Positions 17,300-27,105 of a stretch of 32,829 nucleotides of DNA are shown here, one piece after another. Position 1 is the stretch's first letter, and the number at the start of each line of letters is the position of its first letter. The notes under the pieces were generated by a model that worked only from the letters and a program-made list of their open reading frames with translations, was not told the DNA's origin and searched no databases. This DNA is from a virus. Taxonomy: Duplodnaviria; Heunggongvirae; Uroviricota; Caudoviricetes. The DNA lies in the IMG/VR virus record IMGVR_UViG_3300020576_002769, positions 81,985 to 114,813 of that record, one strand, 5' to 3'. A program made the position numbers and the translations under genes.

Positions 17300-17992
17300 T
17301 TATGGTTTAACGTAACTCAATCTATTTGGTTTTGGTGATTCTTCAACCGTTACTTCCGGGCTAGCAAAATTAATTTCTTCACTAATCGGTAATTCATCTT
17401 GAGGTAAATTAATTTCACCGGTATTATCATCAACAATTGGTTTTTCAATAAACTTCTCAACCTCAACCGGAACTTCTTTGATTACCTCTTTTTCGATAAT
17501 AACTTCTTTTATTTCCACATTATCAGTTTTTCCGGTATCATATTTGGTGAAAAAATGTAATGACGTTAACGATATCACTGGTAATAAACCACCTTCTAAA
17601 AATGCCAACCATCGTTTCATAGCAATTACATCCGTAGCTTTTGACCCTAACATTTCCCAAACAGGACCGGTTAGTTCGACCCAAGCTTTAAATAACTCAC
17701 CATTAGCATCAATTTCTTTATATGAAAAAAAGATATTACCTATCATTTGAATAAATGTAATTAATCCAAACATAAACCATACTCCACCTTTTATCTTGTT
17801 AGTAGCAGCAACCAATGCCGTCATAGCACCAATCTCAATAGCGATAGATAAATAAATCGCCCAACTAATGGGATTTGCAATATTATACCAAGAAACAACG
17901 TGTGATATTGATATACCAGCAACCAACAATATTGGAACTAAAAACATAGTTCTATTCGGATGTTCAACTATCCAATTCCAAATTTTTTTCAT
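17300..17992 (-). CDS. Multi-pass membrane protein with EVIKEVPVEV repeat tail
   Basis: About 4 hydrophobic helices (SISHVVSWY, SIAIEIGA) then a Val/Glu/Lys-rich repeat. Confidence 0.75.
   Translation of the reverse strand: MKKIWNWIVEHPNRTMFLVPILLVAGISISHVVSWYNIANPISWAIYLSIAIEIGAMTALVAATNKIKGGVWFMFGLITFIQMIGNIFFSYKEIDANGELFKAWVELTGPVWEMLGSKATDVIAMKRWLAFLEGGLLPVISLTSLHFFTKYDTGKTDNVEIKEVIIEKEVIKEVPVEVEKFIEKPIVDDNTGEINLPQDELPISEEINFASPEVTVEESPKPNRLSYVKP
17460..17482. repeat. 23-bp exact dispersed repeat, copy 1 (copy 2 at 26897-26919)
   Basis: ACCTCAACCGGAACTTCTTTGAT in both genes, encoding IKEVPVEV. Confidence 0.85.
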
Positions 17993-18261
17993 TATTTTTC
18001 TAATTTTGAAATTTCTTGGTCAATTTCCGTTTGTCTGTTAACATCCATAATTTTTCTATCCGAAGCTTGGATGGCTCTTTTTTCAGACTTAAGACCCTCA
18101 ATTTTTATTTCTTTACGAAGATTAACCGATAACGAATCGACAGATTCATTAACTCTTTCGATTCTAGTGTTGGTAGTACAAGTTTTGAAGAATACAATTA
18201 TCATAAGGAAAAACATTATTCTATTACCCCAAGCGTCAATAAAATTTAATACTGATTTCAT
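17992..18261 (-). CDS. Single-TM coiled-coil protein
   Basis: ATG18261 preferred because the ORF-track extension runs through a terminator; TM then coiled coil. Confidence 0.7.
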   Translation of the reverse strand: MKSVLNFIDAWGNRIMFFLMIIVFFKTCTTNTRIERVNESVDSLSVNLRKEIKIEGLKSEKRAIQASDRKIMDVNRQTEIDQEISKLEK

Positions 18262-18292
18262 ATTTTTATTATTTAAGTTTAAATATAAAAGT

Positions 18293-18326
18293 AAAAAACC
18301 TTCTATCATAATAAATAGAAGGTTTT
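18293..18326 (-). terminator. Intrinsic terminator after the sigma gene
   Basis: AAAACCTTCTAT-8 nt-ATAGAAGGTTTT. Confidence 0.8.
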
Positions 18327-18333
18327 AAACTTT

Positions 18334-19134
18334 TTACATATATTCAAATAATATTGAACTATCATTCCTTAATTTCCGAAGAGCCTTTTCTTTTATTTGT
18401 CTAACTCTTTCCTTGGTTAAATCAAAATCACCACCGATATCTTCAAGAGTTCGAGGTGTACCTGTTAACCCATAGTAATCACCAATAATTACTTTTTCCC
18501 TATCGTCTAACACATCTAATAACGACAATAATTTATGTTTTAATTCGTCCTTTGAATTAAAAACCTCATCCGGCATATCCGCTTGGTCATTTTTAATAAT
18601 ATCAATTAAAGTATCACCCTCTTCATTGATATTCATATCTAAATCAACCATAGATGGTAGATTTTGAAATCTATCGTCTAATTTACCCCCGGTTGATTCT
18701 ATCTCTTTCTTAGCCTTTTGTAAATCTTGAACGACATTCACAGGTAACCGTATTGTTCTTGCATTATCATTCAATGATTGTAGAATTGATTGTTTCACCC
18801 ACCATACCGCATAAGAAATAAATCTTAAGTTTTTAGACCAATCAAAATTTTGAATGGCCTTCATTAAACCAAGATTACCCTCATTAATTAAATCGGGAAA
18901 ATCTAATCCTTGATTTTGATATTGTTTAGCAACCGTAATAACGAATCGTAAGTTACCTTCAATTAATTCTTTATAAATTTTATTTTTTTCCTTCTCAGTT
19001 AAAACTCCAGAACTTATTAATTTTGCCAATTCTTTTTCTCTTTCAGGTGTCATAACCTTTATTTTACGAATATCTTTAAGGTATAACTGTATTTCTTCTT
19101 GGTTGATTGGAATTCCTGAGTTTTTCTCTTTCAT
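18334..19134 (-). CDS. rpoD: Sigma70-family RNA polymerase sigma factor, Bacteroidota primary-sigma (RpoD) type
   Basis: NLRFVITVAKQYQNQGL..DLINEGNLGL.KA..FD..FISYAVWW.KQSILQ..R.IRLP; region 4 RTLEDIG..LTKERVRQIKEKAL; no region 1.1. Confidence 0.95.
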   Translation of the reverse strand: MKEKNSGIPINQEEIQLYLKDIRKIKVMTPEREKELAKLISSGVLTEKEKNKIYKELIEGNLRFVITVAKQYQNQGLDFPDLINEGNLGLMKAIQNFDWSKNLRFISYAVWWVKQSILQSLNDNARTIRLPVNVVQDLQKAKKEIESTGGKLDDRFQNLPSMVDLDMNINEEGDTLIDIIKNDQADMPDEVFNSKDELKHKLLSLLDVLDDREKVIIGDYYGLTGTPRTLEDIGGDFDLTKERVRQIKEKALRKLRNDSSILFEYM

Positions 19135-19137
19135 AGA

Positions 19138-19704
19138 TTATTGTGAATATTGTTTTAGGATTAATAATTCGTCTTTGTTTAATGATTTAATACCTGACTC
19201 CGCCAATTTATCAAATACGTCGTCAAAAGTTAATTTTTGTTTCTTTTGCCTGATTAAAGCAATCTCATCATCATCGTTTTCATCATCAAAATCCGATAAA
19301 TCCAAGAAGAAAGTGTTTTGAATATGATTCCTTAACATATTCCGTACCTCAGAATCATTTGGTTGTGAATTTTTTGGTTTTTCTGACATATAGTCCGTTA
19401 TACCATCGTTAAATAAATGTTTGGACACTTTATCCGGTAACCCGTATGACATTTTGTCAGGAGTATAAGGTAGTAATACATAGGTAATTGTTTCAACACC
19501 TAGTATAATTTCAATATACTCCCTAACATCTTCAAATGTCTCTAAAGTTGAGAACGTGAATACCGAAGACTCGGGTCCATAATAAAAATTAACGTTGGGT
19601 ACATCAGAGACAACTGTCAATTCATCAGCAATTTGTTCCGCAAACTCTTTTGGGTTATCGTTCTTTGCAAAAACAAATAAAATGTACTTGGTTAAATTTT
19701 CCAT
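19138..19704 (-). CDS. Hypothetical protein with C-terminal DUF6576-like motif
   Basis: FDDVFDKLAESGIKSLNKDELLIL resembles the xDxILDKIxxSGxxSLTxxEKxxL motif. Confidence 0.65.
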   Translation of the reverse strand: MENLTKYILFVFAKNDNPKEFAEQIADELTVVSDVPNVNFYYGPESSVFTFSTLETFEDVREYIEIILGVETITYVLLPYTPDKMSYGLPDKVSKHLFNDGITDYMSEKPKNSQPNDSEVRNMLRNHIQNTFFLDLSDFDDENDDDEIALIRQKKQKLTFDDVFDKLAESGIKSLNKDELLILKQYSQ

Positions 19705-19729
19705 ATATGTGTAAATTTATGTTATGGTA

Positions 19730-19737
19730 CAAAGATA
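19730..19737 (-). promoter_or_regulatory. Bacteroidota sigma-A -7 box
   Basis: TATCTTTG about 25 nt upstream of ATG19704. Confidence 0.55.
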
Positions 19738-19769
19738 AGACAAAAAAACTAATTAGTCAAAAAATATTT

Positions 19770-21035
19770 TTAATTAATATATGGAAATGGTAGTCCCGAA
19801 AAAACCGAAGGTGTTATTGAAATCTTATTATTCGAATATAAATTATTTTCTTTCATTATGTTTTTAAATTCTAATGAATTTAAAAAATCCGCGACATTAT
19901 CTAAATTTAAATTGACATCGTCTTTTAAAAATAAACCAATAATTCCTCCACCAAATAATTCATTTGGATTACCCACCCAAAAAACTTCAGGTTTTCTAGT
20001 TTTCATTAAACCATATATCCTTTGTTTATCAGATTTCATTAATTTAATATTGCGAACAGCACCAAATTTCCACCAATTTTTTTCACTAAAAACACTTATT
20101 TTCCTATTAAGTAATTTATTTTTGTAATCACTTAAATATTCCGCAATATCATCAGGTATCTTATCAAAAGAATCAAACTCATCAACAAAAATATACCTAC
20201 ACATTTTTTTATTTGTTCCTAAAATATTAACTACCCCATTTTCGGATAATACGATATCGTCATTAATTTTAAAAATTTTTTCAGCACCACTAACAATACC
20301 TACTTTAACATCAAAAAAATCTGAAATAGTTGTCCCTGTATAATTTAAATTACTAAAAGAAATTGTGTTAGAAAATTTAACATTCAATTGAGAATAAATA
20401 TTCTCATAATAATCATTTATTGTCTCATAATATTTAACTTTACCTACATAATTTTTTACATATCTAAAAATACATAAAGCAGGAACATCAGCATCATCGA
20501 ATAGCTTTTCTTCACCACAATCAATAAAATGAGTAAAACCACCATTATCTTTTAAAAAATCTCTGACAAATTGAGAACTAACATTATATAACCATTCTTT
20601 AGGAACAATAAACACTAATTCACCACCATCTGATAATAATTTAACACAATATTTAATAAAAAAATAATATAAATTCCCATTCCCCGGAATTTTCTCAGGT
20701 AACAAATCAATTGTCTCTTGTTCAACATTTTTTAATTTAACAAATGGAGGATTACCCACTATTGAATCGAATGTTCCACAAGTTTTTATGTAGTTAAAAA
20801 AATTATCAATACTTATTTCAGAATTACAGATTTTTGAATTAACCTTATCAAAATCTAATTCAACCGAAGAAACCTCTTTATTAAATTTTTTCTCAATCTC
20901 TAAAACAATATGTCCTTCTCCAGCGGAAGGTTCTAAAATATTACCATCATTTTTTATTAAACTAATTAACACATTTAAAACTTTTTTTTTAGTTGTAAAA
21001 AATTGTCCTCGTTTTTTTTTTAAATTATTCTCCAT
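19770..21035 (-). CDS. Type II N6-adenine DNA methyltransferase (Eco57I/TaqI-like, gamma class)
   Basis: GQFFT, LEPSAGEG motif I, GNPPF motif IV, LY.FFI, FIVP..WL, C-terminal WWKFG. Confidence 0.92.
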   Translation of the reverse strand: MENNLKKKRGQFFTTKKKVLNVLISLIKNDGNILEPSAGEGHIVLEIEKKFNKEVSSVELDFDKVNSKICNSEISIDNFFNYIKTCGTFDSIVGNPPFVKLKNVEQETIDLLPEKIPGNGNLYYFFIKYCVKLLSDGGELVFIVPKEWLYNVSSQFVRDFLKDNGGFTHFIDCGEEKLFDDADVPALCIFRYVKNYVGKVKYYETINDYYENIYSQLNVKFSNTISFSNLNYTGTTISDFFDVKVGIVSGAEKIFKINDDIVLSENGVVNILGTNKKMCRYIFVDEFDSFDKIPDDIAEYLSDYKNKLLNRKISVFSEKNWWKFGAVRNIKLMKSDKQRIYGLMKTRKPEVFWVGNPNELFGGGIIGLFLKDDVNLNLDNVADFLNSLEFKNIMKENNLYSNNKISITPSVFSGLPFPYIN

Positions 21036-21618
21036 TAATCAAAGGCCCCCATTTTATAGCGGGAATTAAAATTCGTTTATTTATATATTCAATAAATAGT
21101 GAATGAACTAATTCAAATTCCTCATCATCAGTTCTACTTACTAAATAATCAGGTATTTTAGTTTGTACTCCATTAGACGGATTTACCGTAATACACTCAA
21201 TAGGTAGTTCAGTTAATGAACAAATTGTAAATTTTTTAGTTTTTTTATTTAAAAAAACAATAATATAATTCTTAACTAATTTAATTTTATTATTATTTTT
21301 TTGTTTTTCATACGAATCACATACAGTATCATTATTACTACCTTCCAAATTCAACATTTTTGCTAATTTAAGAAAACTAATAGTGTTAGTAAAATTATTC
21401 GGTAGAACAATTTTTAAATCTTCCCCTTCCTTGATATACAAATCATAATCATCTCTATTACCTTCTTTTGTTTTAGTAAGACCTAATCTTTCAACTATTG
21501 ATTCTATAATCCTTTTTTCACTCATTAAAGAATTAACTCGACCATCATCACTATCGTTAGACAATAACCAGTCATCATAACTATTTAGTGTATCTTCATA
21601 TTTTTTATATTTATTCAT
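21025..21618 (-). CDS. Putative type II restriction endonuclease
   Basis: Coupled upstream of the MTase (11-nt overlap); DGRVNS..E and D..E-D-L-K acidic/Lys pattern compatible with PD-(D/E)XK. Confidence 0.5.
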   Translation of the reverse strand: MNKYKKYEDTLNSYDDWLLSNDSDDGRVNSLMSEKRIIESIVERLGLTKTKEGNRDDYDLYIKEGEDLKIVLPNNFTNTISFLKLAKMLNLEGSNNDTVCDSYEKQKNNNKIKLVKNYIIVFLNKKTKKFTICSLTELPIECITVNPSNGVQTKIPDYLVSRTDDEEFELVHSLFIEYINKRILIPAIKWGPLINGE

Positions 21619-21632
21619 ATTAAAAACATAGA

Positions 21633-21665
21633 TAAAAAAAAAGTACCTGTCAACCGGCAGGTACT
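21633..21665 (-). terminator. Intrinsic terminator after sbcC
   Basis: AGTACCTG-8 nt-CAGGTACT plus a U tract on the minus strand. Confidence 0.8.
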
Positions 21666-21669
21666 GATT

Positions 21670-24039
21670 TTATTGGGATACGTGACTAATATTCTCCTCT
21701 TTCCGAATCCTTACAACGTTGTCGGCCCAATTCGTAACAAGTGGATTATGAGTAATCACAAATATCTTTTCAAAGTATTCTTTTATCTTAGTGAAGAACT
21801 CTGAAACCATCTCCAAATTCTCATTTGAAATCTTACCGAACACCTCATCAAAGACCACAACATTGGCTCTCGGTAATGAACATATTTTACTCAACACCGC
21901 TCTCAACGCTAGTGATGCGATTGTTCTTTCGTATCCGGAACCGGAAGACATCGGTTTCTCAACCTGAGTATTATTATCAATCATTAAGAAATCAACCTCG
22001 TTCTTGTCGTTAATTCTAACTTCCAATCTGAAGTGAGAACTATCTTCCAATAATCTTTGAAGCTCACTATTGATAAGTGGCATCATCGTTTTCATAATAA
22101 GTTTGGTAATACCATTCTTACCGAAAATTTCCAAATAGATTTTATAGATTCTTTCTTTCTCAGCTTCTTCCGCAATTTTTCTAATAGTTTCTAAGTTGTT
22201 AGTAATCTTAGTATTTAAATTGGTAACTTGGAAGGTATTATCCGAGATATTCTTTTCTATGGTTTTTTTCTCACCTTCAAGTTCATCCAATCTTAATTTA
22301 GCTTTAATCAATAATCCATCAGTCTTATTGTTCTCGGCGATTTTATCCTGAACCTCAGAATATCTATCCAACTTGGTTTTTAACGCATCAATCTTCAATT
22401 GAAAACTCTCAATACTTAATTCGTATTTTTCCCGGATAAGTTTGTTTTTTTCATATTCATCAAACTCTTTTTTAAGATTAACAAAACCTAACTCTTTGCT
22501 GGTTAAATCCTGCATTAATCCCTCTAATAGTTCTTTATGCGTGATAAAACCGGCAAGCTCACCAATTTTAGCGTTAGTAATTGCTGCGTTCATCAGTTCA
22601 ATACCACAATGTTCGCATTTGATTCCTCCTTCAACCGAACTCTTTAATTCCTCAATGTTTTTAATCTTGGCATTATTCTCAGCCTGTTCCTTTAACATAT
22701 CCTGAATATTCTTCTTAACGTGGTCGTGTTGGTCCTCGTGGTAGAACTCAGATGGTTCAATAACTTTTACACTGTCTCTATCGGTGATTGCTTTAGCTTT
22801 CTGTAACCCCAACAAATTAATTTCCTCTTGAACTTTGTCCGGAGAAACCATTATTAAGTCATTATCAATATTGTGTTTGGATTTCAGCAATCCATCACGA
22901 TATTCTTGACCTTTGGTAATTCTACCTTTAACTTCCTCTAACTGACCGGTTAGTGTTACGTTAGTTTCATTTAATGTCTGAATGGTCTCAGAATATGTTT
23001 GATTATCCGTTTTCAGTTGTTCCGAACTATATATGTTGGATAACATCCCTTTTGAGAACTCACTATAAATTTCTTTGGCCGCCTCTTCCTTACGTTTAAG
23101 AAAATCTAACCCCATAAACCTTGAAAGAACCTGACCTCTTGCCGTAGGTTTAGAGTCAATTAGTTCTTCCAAGTTGGTAGCAGTTGTAAGGATGGTCATT
23201 AAGAAATCCTCTTTGGTACCAATAGAAGTTTTGATAAATGCTTCGGTCTCTCTTCGTTGTTCCCCGGTGAAGTTCTGTAAACTTCCATCAGACAATCTCT
23301 TATAGAAGTCCAATTCGGTTTTAACATTCCATTCATTCTTCTTAGACAACTTTCTTTCAATTATTCTAAGTAAGATGTATTCTTCACCATCAATTATGAT
23401 TTCACCTTTAACCATAACCTTATTCTTATCGGTAAATCTGTTGAATATCTCCTCAGCTTTTGATGTTTTGGTTGTCTCATTAAAGAATAAGAACATAAGT
23501 AAATCCACCGTTAATACGGTTTTACCACCGAAATTTGGTGGGTTTGATTCAACTACGGTAATCCCATCACATTTCTCAAAATCAATCTTTTGATTCTCAC
23601 CATAAGATAAAAAATTTGAGAACTCTATGTTCTTAATATACCATCGTTTGAATGGTGCCGCGTCGGTTTGGGTCATTAACAACTTATTATCAACTGAAGT
23701 ATTCAACTGACAAATATCGTCGTAATGTTCCATATTCCCTTTTGACTCCAAGAATGAACGAACTAATTCCAATTGGTAATTTTCATCTAAAATATTAAAT
23801 GAAATATCCACAGTATGAGTTGTTGTGTCCTCAACCATTTTGGTTTTGGTAATCACATTAACATTCGTGGTCTCATATTTCTTTTGGAAATAATGACGAA
23901 CACTCTTAATTTTTTCTTGTGTAAAATTCTCGGCATAATCCTCCCATACAACCTGTACGTAAGGATTATCCAAGTTTGCAATATTTATATCTTCCATTAT
24001 TGTGTAATTGTATTCAATCGCAGGATTAAATAAGTCCAT
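21670..24039 (-). CDS. sbcC: SbcC/Rad50/gp46-like ATPase with about 130-aa N-terminal extension
   Basis: NFLSYG, Walker A GGKT, zinc hook CEHC, signature SGSGYE, Walker B VFDE, ITH. Confidence 0.93.
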   Translation of the reverse strand: MDLFNPAIEYNYTIMEDINIANLDNPYVQVVWEDYAENFTQEKIKSVRHYFQKKYETTNVNVITKTKMVEDTTTHTVDISFNILDENYQLELVRSFLESKGNMEHYDDICQLNTSVDNKLLMTQTDAAPFKRWYIKNIEFSNFLSYGENQKIDFEKCDGITVVESNPPNFGGKTVLTVDLLMFLFFNETTKTSKAEEIFNRFTDKNKVMVKGEIIIDGEEYILLRIIERKLSKKNEWNVKTELDFYKRLSDGSLQNFTGEQRRETEAFIKTSIGTKEDFLMTILTTATNLEELIDSKPTARGQVLSRFMGLDFLKRKEEAAKEIYSEFSKGMLSNIYSSEQLKTDNQTYSETIQTLNETNVTLTGQLEEVKGRITKGQEYRDGLLKSKHNIDNDLIMVSPDKVQEEINLLGLQKAKAITDRDSVKVIEPSEFYHEDQHDHVKKNIQDMLKEQAENNAKIKNIEELKSSVEGGIKCEHCGIELMNAAITNAKIGELAGFITHKELLEGLMQDLTSKELGFVNLKKEFDEYEKNKLIREKYELSIESFQLKIDALKTKLDRYSEVQDKIAENNKTDGLLIKAKLRLDELEGEKKTIEKNISDNTFQVTNLNTKITNNLETIRKIAEEAEKERIYKIYLEIFGKNGITKLIMKTMMPLINSELQRLLEDSSHFRLEVRINDKNEVDFLMIDNNTQVEKPMSSGSGYERTIASLALRAVLSKICSLPRANVVVFDEVFGKISNENLEMVSEFFTKIKEYFEKIFVITHNPLVTNWADNVVRIRKEENISHVSQ

Positions 24040-24042
24040 TTA

Positions 24043-24543
24043 TTATTCAACGTCTTCTGTTAATACTTCCCCGTAATCTCTTGCCTCTTGAGCATTTAAT
24101 ACGTCTTCAAGATTCCATCCATCATAAGCGTATAGTTTCTCACAACCCCTATCCATCCAATAAAACTCAGACATCCATTCATCCCATTTAGATTCTAACA
24201 ATTTAACAAAGTTCTCATCGTTACCTCTATCTCTATATCGTTGGATGAACTCCTCTTTTCTGTTTTCTTCCGGGTAAACCAAGTAGAAGTATAAACAATT
24301 GTCTAACAAAGCATCTCTCACTTCTTTATGTGAAGAAACAAAGATGTATTTGTACTTACCAATATTCTCTTTAATATGGTTTATGTAATTTTGAGGAAAA
24401 CTAGGGTTTCTTGTTTTATTACCGTGTTCATCAATAACCCAACTGAAATTACTTGAATCTGAATCCAAAGTGGTATCGGGATTATTTTTATGATAGGTAG
24501 TTTTTCCTACACCGGGAAATGCTGATACAATCTTAGTTCTCAT
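24043..24543 (-). CDS. Small P-loop NTPase/kinase-like protein
   Basis: Walker A AFPGVGKT. Confidence 0.7.
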   Translation of the reverse strand: MRTKIVSAFPGVGKTTYHKNNPDTTLDSDSSNFSWVIDEHGNKTRNPSFPQNYINHIKENIGKYKYIFVSSHKEVRDALLDNCLYFYLVYPEENRKEEFIQRYRDRGNDENFVKLLESKWDEWMSEFYWMDRGCEKLYAYDGWNLEDVLNAQEARDYGEVLTEDVE

Positions 24544-24802
24544 CTTTTACAACTTCGGAATCAACAACGTTTATTTGGTTAATATCACCACTAACAATTT
24601 CATCCGAAATTATTTCAGCATCAACACTCATTGTTTCACCGTTCTCAGCCTGATACTGAGCTTTTAATGTTTCCATAGTTTTTTCAAACATTTCTTTATA
24701 CTCCGCTTGCATTTTTCGTTTTAACCCTTTTAGAGTATTATTTCTGTGTTGAACTCTTTTTCTGTGTTCTTTCAAAGAACCTCTTGTTTTTGATTTTGGC
24801 AT
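24533..24802 (-). CDS. Hypothetical protein
   Basis: Basic N-terminus, acidic C-terminus. Confidence 0.7.
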   Translation of the reverse strand: MPKSKTRGSLKEHRKRVQHRNNTLKGLKRKMQAEYKEMFEKTMETLKAQYQAENGETMSVDAEIISDEIVSGDINQINVVDSEVVKDEN

Positions 24803-24814
24803 AATTGTTTTTAT

Positions 24815-25323
24815 TTAATTGTTATTTATTTCGTTATCAACTTCTCGTTGTATTTCTTCTAATGTAATACCCGGTTCATTTTCTATTCGGTCTCTAAGTT
24901 CTTGGGTTAACATATCTGTAATTCTTTGAAATTGATTTTCATTATTATTTATTTTTACATCCGGATTATCCTCATCATATCTATACAATTCTAACCAATT
25001 AGGTCTATCCTTAACACTAATTGAACTACTTTTTCAATTAACTTTTGAGTTTCAGTTTTAGAACCTTTTAACATCTTACGTAATTTAAGTTTTTTCTCAA
25101 CTTCTCTCCATCTACGATATAACCCGTCGGCACTTTTAGCATTATGAAAATTAACATCAATATTATTTTCCTCTAAATAATCCATAATATCCATCATAGT
25201 TTCATCATCTTCTAAAATACCCATATCGGAACATAAGACAAAAAAATCATCTGAAGAAATAATCCATCTCTGTACTTTTTTATCCTCCAATTTTTTAATT
25301 ATGAATTCACCTAATTTTCCCAT
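24815..25323 (-). pseudogene. Hypothetical gene apparently split by a 1-nt frameshift near 25020
   Basis: Frame 0 stops at 24991; the -1 frame is open 25033-24815 and reads SVKDRPNWLELYRYDEDNPD..; it fills the otherwise empty gap. Confidence 0.55.
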
Positions 25324-25326
25324 AAC

Positions 25327-25680
25327 TTAATTTTTACGTGGTCTGTTTTCTTCAAACCATTCAATTATTGAGTTTATCGCCCATACAGCGCCTGATGATA
25401 AAATCCCATCAAAGAACCAACTAATCCATAGTGGTGTACCAAATATAACATTTGTCGGTGAGAAAATCAAAAGTGATAATATAAAACCACCCCAGGTACT
25501 AAAACACATCGCACATCCAAGTATTCCCGAGATGAAATGTGCAACACCATTAAATGGTAATGTTGGATTACCTCCCCAATTTTGGAAGAAATTTCTAAGT
25601 CCTTGGAATATCGACCCAAAGACCATTATGTTCATAAGTCCATAACTTAATATGAACCAAGCAATTAAATTAGTCATCAT
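25327..25680 (-). CDS. Membrane protein with CxxC..W motif (DUF1360-like)
   Basis: GCAMCFSTWGG within hydrophobic helices. Confidence 0.65.
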   Translation of the reverse strand: MMTNLIAWFILSYGLMNIMVFGSIFQGLRNFFQNWGGNPTLPFNGVAHFISGILGCAMCFSTWGGFILSLLIFSPTNVIFGTPLWISWFFDGILSSGAVWAINSIIEWFEENRPRKN

Positions 25681-26479
25681 CCGTATTGTCTTCTAAAAAT
25701 TTATTTATTTCATCTTCAGTAACTTGAATGTTTTTTTCTCCGAATGTCTCAATATAAAGTTTTTTTAGATGAGGTGGTATTAGTTTAGTTTTAAATTTAA
25801 TTTCAACCTCACCTTCCTTAATTGGAATTTCCACTAAATAATATGCAATTCCCGGTGTTTCTTCTTCTTTAACAAAACTTTTCGCACCGGTTAAGTACCT
25901 TGTTGGTGTAACTTCTTTCACTATCTCATTTTTTTCGAACACACCTCTAACAAGAACACCTCTCTCACCTTTAACTTGATAATCATAAGGATTATCAAGG
26001 ACTTTATCAAGTAGGTCCTTCATTTCCATTTTAAGTTCGTAGTCACCATCAATTAAACCATCTTGGGCTCTCTCAGGATTATATTCTAAAACAATCTTTC
26101 TTAAAGGTTTAAATGTTTCAGGATTATAAACTAGTGGTGTAATACACGCACCATCTTTTACTGGTGTATGTATCGTATCCGGATTAAACACTTCCGGAGT
26201 AAGTGCCAACGATAAAAGATAACAAACCCCTTTGAACTTTTGTCCTTCAACCAATTTATATGATTCCGCTTTTAATGGTGTATCATCATTTGATAATATC
26301 ATCGGCATATTCATAAAGTTTAATTCGGTACATTCGGAGAACTCATCACACTGAAGTATCCTATCCTTATATTGTTCCAAGTTATCTCTACCATATAGAG
26401 TTAATCCATCAAACCCAAATTGATAGTCGTTTTTGGGGTTTTCCCCAAAAATTTCTGTTAATAATTCTTTTAATTTCAT
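25670..26479 (-). CDS. Hypothetical protein
   Basis: 269-aa coupled ORF. Confidence 0.8.
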   Translation of the reverse strand: MKLKELLTEIFGENPKNDYQFGFDGLTLYGRDNLEQYKDRILQCDEFSECTELNFMNMPMILSNDDTPLKAESYKLVEGQKFKGVCYLLSLALTPEVFNPDTIHTPVKDGACITPLVYNPETFKPLRKIVLEYNPERAQDGLIDGDYELKMEMKDLLDKVLDNPYDYQVKGERGVLVRGVFEKNEIVKEVTPTRYLTGAKSFVKEEETPGIAYYLVEIPIKEGEVEIKFKTKLIPPHLKKLYIETFGEKNIQVTEDEINKFLEDNTDDD

Positions 26480-27105
26480 AGTGTTTCACTAATATTTGAA
26501 CCTTTAAGGAATACCGCTCCTTGATTTACCTTAATAGATTCCAAATTTTTATTTATTGTTTCAAGTTCTGTTATCCTTGAATTTTTATCTGATAGTTCTT
26601 TTCTTAACTTTTGTAAGGTTTCTTGAAGAAGTTTCATTTTATCATTTGGTTTTTCAACCTCAACTATCTTCTCCACCTCAACAATCTTTTCAACCGGGAC
26701 TTCTTTGATGACCTCCACGATTTTTTCTATGATTGTTGGTTCAGGTCCTTCCTCTTTTTTGTCGTAAATATATACTATTTTTTCGACAGGAATTTCCACT
26801 TTTACCTCCTTAACCACCTCTCTATCAACATATTTGATAACTTCTACTTCCCGAGGGGGGCTCGGAACTTCTTTGATGATTTCAACCTCTTTTATCACCT
26901 CAACCGGAACTTCTTTGATAATTTCTTTAATCACCTCAATTTCCACCGGTTTTCCTGTTTCATCACCTAATAACCCATATTTTTTAATATTAAACCCTTC
27001 CGTAAAACATTTTGATATGAATTTATTAACATCTTCAATATTGTTTAACTTACAATATTCTTGGACGGATTTTAATTGATTAGTCGTTAACTTTATTTCT
27101 GACAC
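26476..27105 (-). CDS. Repeat protein with EVIKEV/PVEKIVEV repeats and C-terminal coiled coil
   Basis: GTG start; multiple V/I-E-K repeats. Confidence 0.8.
   Translation of the reverse strand: MSEIKLTTNQLKSVQEYCKLNNIEDVNKFISKCFTEGFNIKKYGLLGDETGKPVEIEVIKEIIKEVPVEVIKEVEIIKEVPSPPREVEVIKYVDREVVKEVKVEIPVEKIVYIYDKKEEGPEPTIIEKIVEVIKEVPVEKIVEVEKIVEVEKPNDKMKLLQETLQKLRKELSDKNSRITELETINKNLESIKVNQGAVFLKGSNISETL
26897..26919. repeat. 23-bp exact dispersed repeat, copy 2
   Basis: Identical to 17460-17482. Confidence 0.85.

Noticed and set aside
17960-18328. 122-aa plus-strand ORF and the 16-aa N-terminal extension of 17992-18309
   Set aside because: Both run across the sigma terminator hairpin; ATG18261 is the plausible start
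26600-26960. Possible CRISPR or tandem array from recurring ACTTCTTTGAT-like strings
   Set aside because: Irregular spacing, in-frame, and encodes the IKEVP protein repeats
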